A stretch of 62,829 nucleotides of DNA, filler included. It is 11 parts of 11 records of this genome, joined end to end, with 100 filler letters (N's around TTAATTAATTAA, not from the genome) between each part and the next. Parts side by side here need not be neighbours in the genome. Positions count along the whole stretch, not along the records: positions 59,076 to 62,829 come from SRR7504441_2768; 10 more parts are not named here. One strand, written 5' to 3'. The translations under genes and the position numbers were made by a program. The notes under the pieces are model-generated. The model was not told the origin of the DNA and did no database searches. It saw only the letters and a list, made by a program, of their open reading frames with translations. Positions within the stretch are counted from its first letter, which is position 1, and every line of letters starts with the position of its first letter. Positions 59,076 through 62,829 of the stretch are shown here, piece after piece.

Positions 59076-62000
59076 ACGGTGCTGCGCTATGTAGCAACAG
59101 GAGGCCGTGGGCCAGGTTCGTTTCCAGCTGCGTTGGCACGTTGCACTTGCAGGACTATCGTAAGGCTCGAGATACTCACGTGGAGGCCGGGACAGTTCAG
59201 AGTCATCCAGAGCACTCCACGGAAACCGTGATTGTCTGTAAACCAACACAGCGAGTTGTTTGGTCAAATCATTAGCTTCTGGTAAGTGGGCCCCTGGCCG
59301 ATGTTTGCCATTAAGGATACTCAAAACTGTATGAGCATTGGTTCCAGAATACCCAAATGAGCTCACTCCTGCTGTTCTACCCATAGATGTGAAAGTTGCC
59401 AACTGCGAAGCCAGCGGTACGGTGACGGTGTCCTCAAGTGTGGGATTTTGCCGAGAGAGATGCAAATCGGGAGTGACACAGAGGATCTTGAGTCCACATA
59501 TAGCTTTAAAGAGTCCCATCAACCCGGCAGCTGGCTCCGCATGACCCACGACTGTTTTCACGGCCCCTAAGTACACAATATCTTGTCCCACAGCCCGCAG
59601 AGCATGCGTTTCGATCGGATCACCCAGCTGCGTGCCTGTACCATGCGCTTCACTTGCATGAGCTGCAAGACTCAAAAGCTCGATGGCCGAAGCAATGACA
59701 CGGGTTTGGGCCGGCCCGCTCGGTGCCATGAGCGATGCGCTTTTCCCGTCCTGGTTGGTTGCAGATCCGACCAACTGTACCATGTGAGGACCGGTGGTGT
59801 CAAGAATGCCCGCAGCACACCCATCTGCGCGCCCAAAGCCATTTGCTAACGCGTCAAATGTCTTACAATACCCATTGGGCGCAAGCACTCCCAGAGCGCT
59901 CAGGCTAGCGGAGCTTGAACAATATACCATATTAGCAGCAGCGTACAATGCTTTTGAGCTGTGAGCGAGCTGCAGTGTCTGATAAGCGCAATTCAGAGCA
60001 ACCAATCCAGAAGAGCACGCTGTTGCAACGGACACAGATGGACCAGTTAGTCCAAAACTAAAGGAGACACGGCCCGCACAAATAGCACAACTGTTGAATG
60101 CGGCGTACGAGGAGGCTACTGCGCGCTTAGTTTGGATCGAAACCGGGGACTCGTTTAACCCCATGAAGACAGCAGTGTCTGACCCATTCAAACTCTGCCG
60201 GGTGTAGCCTGACTTGAGAAACGTCTGAGCGGAGCATTCAAGAAGCAGTCTCTGTATGGGATCTGTCGCACGTGCCTCAGCTGGAACCATGTGAAAGGCA
60301 GCATTGTCAAACTGGTCGGCTGTTGCAAGCCAATAAGCTGGTGGCACCTGTACACTTTCCAGAGCACCTCGCTCGGCAGGAAGACAGCTTGATCTTGTTC
60401 CTAGGTTGCAGAGCCCCGACCAGACTGAATCAATAGATGCACTTCCTGCCATCACTACCTCCAGTGACTTGAGAGCACAAACTGGATGCTGAGTCTTGGG
60501 CCTCGTCAGCCGATCAGTATTCAACATAACAACGCCATCAGGTGCGGCATCATCTGCCCTTACCGATACTCCGTCGTTGGCCGCCTGAAGAAAACCAATA
60601 ATCTCGCGAGCAGTCGGAAAGCTGAAAACAAGCATGCTAGGAAGTCGTAGTCCAGCCGCTCCAGTTGTTTCCTTCAATCGCTGAGTAAGTTCTGCTGCCT
60701 GCTTAGATCTTATACCAGCTTGCATCAAGGGTTCATCAAGATCTAGCTTCTTCCCAAGCATGGCCTCCAGCTGACGTACAACAGCCCTCTCAAGGGTATC
60801 AATTCTGGCCTCACTTTCACCTGAGGGATTATTGTAGCATATCAGACAGTTTTCAGACTTTTGCAGGAAATCTGTAGGTCTGTGCCATGTTTTGCACTGC
60901 ATCTGTCCACTCTGCACGTATTTCGTCTCCCGCTGGTGCTCAACAATCAGGTGCACATTTTCCCCGCTCACAGAGGTGCCGCTGACGCTGCTCCAGCTCT
61001 TTGCTTCGCTCAACGGCAGACAAAGAGCCTCAACAGTGGGCAGGCACAGCTCAGCGGTGCGCTTTATCAAAGGTATTGGCATGGTGATATTCACGTGTCC
61101 AGGTACAGAATGGTGCTGCATGACCAGGCAAGTAGTGACAAGCCCTAGGAACCCTGACGCATACTCACTGTGTCCAAAGCAGGACTTATGGTTAGCCAGG
61201 ACTAATTGAATGCCTTGCTTGTCTTGTGTAAAGACCTCACAAATGGCCTGTAGCTCTGGCACATCGCAAGGGGGACTGCCCATGGCGTGCAGGTGGGTGG
61301 TGCTTACATAATTAGCCTGGACATTGGCGCGAGACAGTGCATCTGCTGCAGCCCCCGCGATTGTGTCTGGATCAGCAAACCCGATTGGGAATTTAGTGGG
61401 CGTTCTGACACTGGCTGAACCCACCAGGGCGATGAAGTCAGCCACTCCTGACAAGGCTTCACTCTCAAGCAAAACTGCACCTGCTGCTTCCCCCGCTACC
61501 ATGCCATCAGCAAACGCCTGCCACACCCAACCATCAGTCAGCTCTATCAGCTACTCACATCGAGTGGTTGCATCAATCCGGATTTCGATGAAAACGGCGA
61601 ATGAAACTGTGGCTTAAGCAGCAGCTGCACTCCACCTACGATTGCTGCCTGGCATAGGCCGGTCTTGATTCGTTCGTGCCCTTTGTGTATCGCCAGGTAT
61701 CCACTGGAGCAGGCTGCATCTACGTTGCTCAGTTCAGCGTCCATGCCCAGCTTCATGGCAAGCAAGCGCGGGACATAAAATGAGCCCAGGGGTGGAATGG
61801 CAAATAATCTCACATCAGCAGCTGTGAACAGGCAGAGGCGTCTTTCTCTGAGAGTGCCTTGAGTCCAGCCGGCACTTAGAACCGCCTGCTGGGTCACAGC
61901 GATGAGAACCTGCATGTGTGGATCCAATGCAGCTCCGTTCTGTGTGGTTAATAATTCTGTTCTACAATGAGGTGCACTGGGGGAGATAAAGGATTCGGCA

Positions 62001-62829
62001 GGCAGAAAAGCTCCTGCTTGGATTGTGTCGGCGACCACCTCCTGGTGCACGTAGCGTCGTGGGACTGCTTCCGTGATCCAGCACTGCTGCAACAATAGTG
62101 TACTCCACAAATGATGAGGATTTAGGTCCTCTCCTGGGACCATGTAGCTAATCCCAACAACCATACCACAACTCTGGCTGGGTGTTGGCTGGTGTCTCGG
62201 GGAATTGTACACTATAGTAGTATCTGAGTCACATTGGTCGACTTCAGATGCCATATGCTGAGTCAACGACTCGAGGTAACTTGTCAGCTGAGCAATGGTC
62301 GGATGGTCAAATATGAGCCCTGACGACAGTGGCATTCCAAGTCCTGACGCCAGTTGGTTCCTAAGCTCGATAGCTGCTAGGGAGTCGATGCCAGTGTCAG
62401 CCAGTGATTCATCTAACTTAATCTCTAGGAGACCACTGGCGCTTTTGACTGATTCTAACACCAAGACCTCGACTCGCTCTGACCATTCTTGTCCAGATGA
62501 GCTCTGAAATGCTGCCACTCTGTTCTCTGCAGAGCGGCTCCACTGTGGCTTAGCGCTCTGCCTGTCAAGAATGTGTTTTAAGCCGAGCATCAGGTGGGCT
62601 GTTCCTATCAATTGTTGTTGAACTGCAACGATCGGCGTGACTGTCAAAGTACAGAGCGAGGACCACGCGCTGGACAATGCTTGCAGACCCACAGTGGATC
62701 CAAAGCTTGGCATGGTATTTCCCCTGTCAGCTCTCGCATCAGCTCCAACCCTGGCTGCATATCCGATCTGCGACCATACACCCCACTGCAGCCCCACAGC
62801 AGCTTGACCACATAGCTTGAGCCGCTGCA
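59076..62829 (-). CDS. Modular type I polyketide synthase fragment: KR(end)-ACP-KS-ACP-KS-(DH start); intron 61518-61558; truncated at both ends
   Basis: LQWGVW (KR end); GIDSLAA ACP; KS1 DAACSS/HAMGS/KSCFGH; ACP GIRS; KS2 TACSS/EAHGTGT/KTVVGH/SSFGYSGTNAH; YRQSRFPW linker; YIAQHR DH start. Confidence 0.93.

Noticed and set aside
61518-61558. Apparent frameshift or split in the PKS (and similar breaks in most genes)
   Set aside because: Explained by ordinary short introns (here GTGAGT...GCTGAC...CAG), not pseudogenisation or programmed frameshifting.
1-62829. Precise taxonomic assignment, rRNA/tRNA genes, transposases
   Set aside because: No RNA genes or transposase motifs were recognised, and the lineage cannot be fixed without a phylogeny (ATP3, NF-YB and DCN1 would be suitable markers).

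Overview
This window is not one locus. It is 11 contigs joined by ten artificial 100-nt spacers (44 N + TTAATTAATTAA + 44 N). The DNA comes from a very compact, GC-rich eukaryotic (protist-like) nuclear genome that uses the standard code; TAA, TAG and TGA all end genes. About 35 protein-coding genes or fragments can be rebuilt once tiny spliceosomal introns are removed. They include GH30, a METTL21-like methyltransferase, DCN1, GH32, a pentameric ligand-gated channel, LSD1/KDM1-like, VPS13-like, RING proteins, an LRR-kinase, an IP3R/RyR-like channel end, Kelch-RING, NF-YB, mitochondrial ATP synthase gamma, CCDC81-like, a transglutaminase-TPR protein, RhoGAP-like and RhoGEF-like proteins, FMO, PhyH, an ankyrin protein and an AT-less modular PKS. 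The most unusual signal is the intron system. Roughly 60 manually inferred introns fall mostly at 35-47 nt, many lack a polypyrimidine tract and can fold into a stem next to the 3' AG, and about 1 in 10 use GC donors. One intron is made of telomeric (CCCTAA)n between 8-bp direct repeats, and two introns in one gene share a near-identical 3' half. Intergenic DNA carries a recurrent TACATGTA palindrome and many short tandem duplications. All splice models and protein family calls are manual inferences from reading frames and remembered motifs; no RNA data or database search was available.
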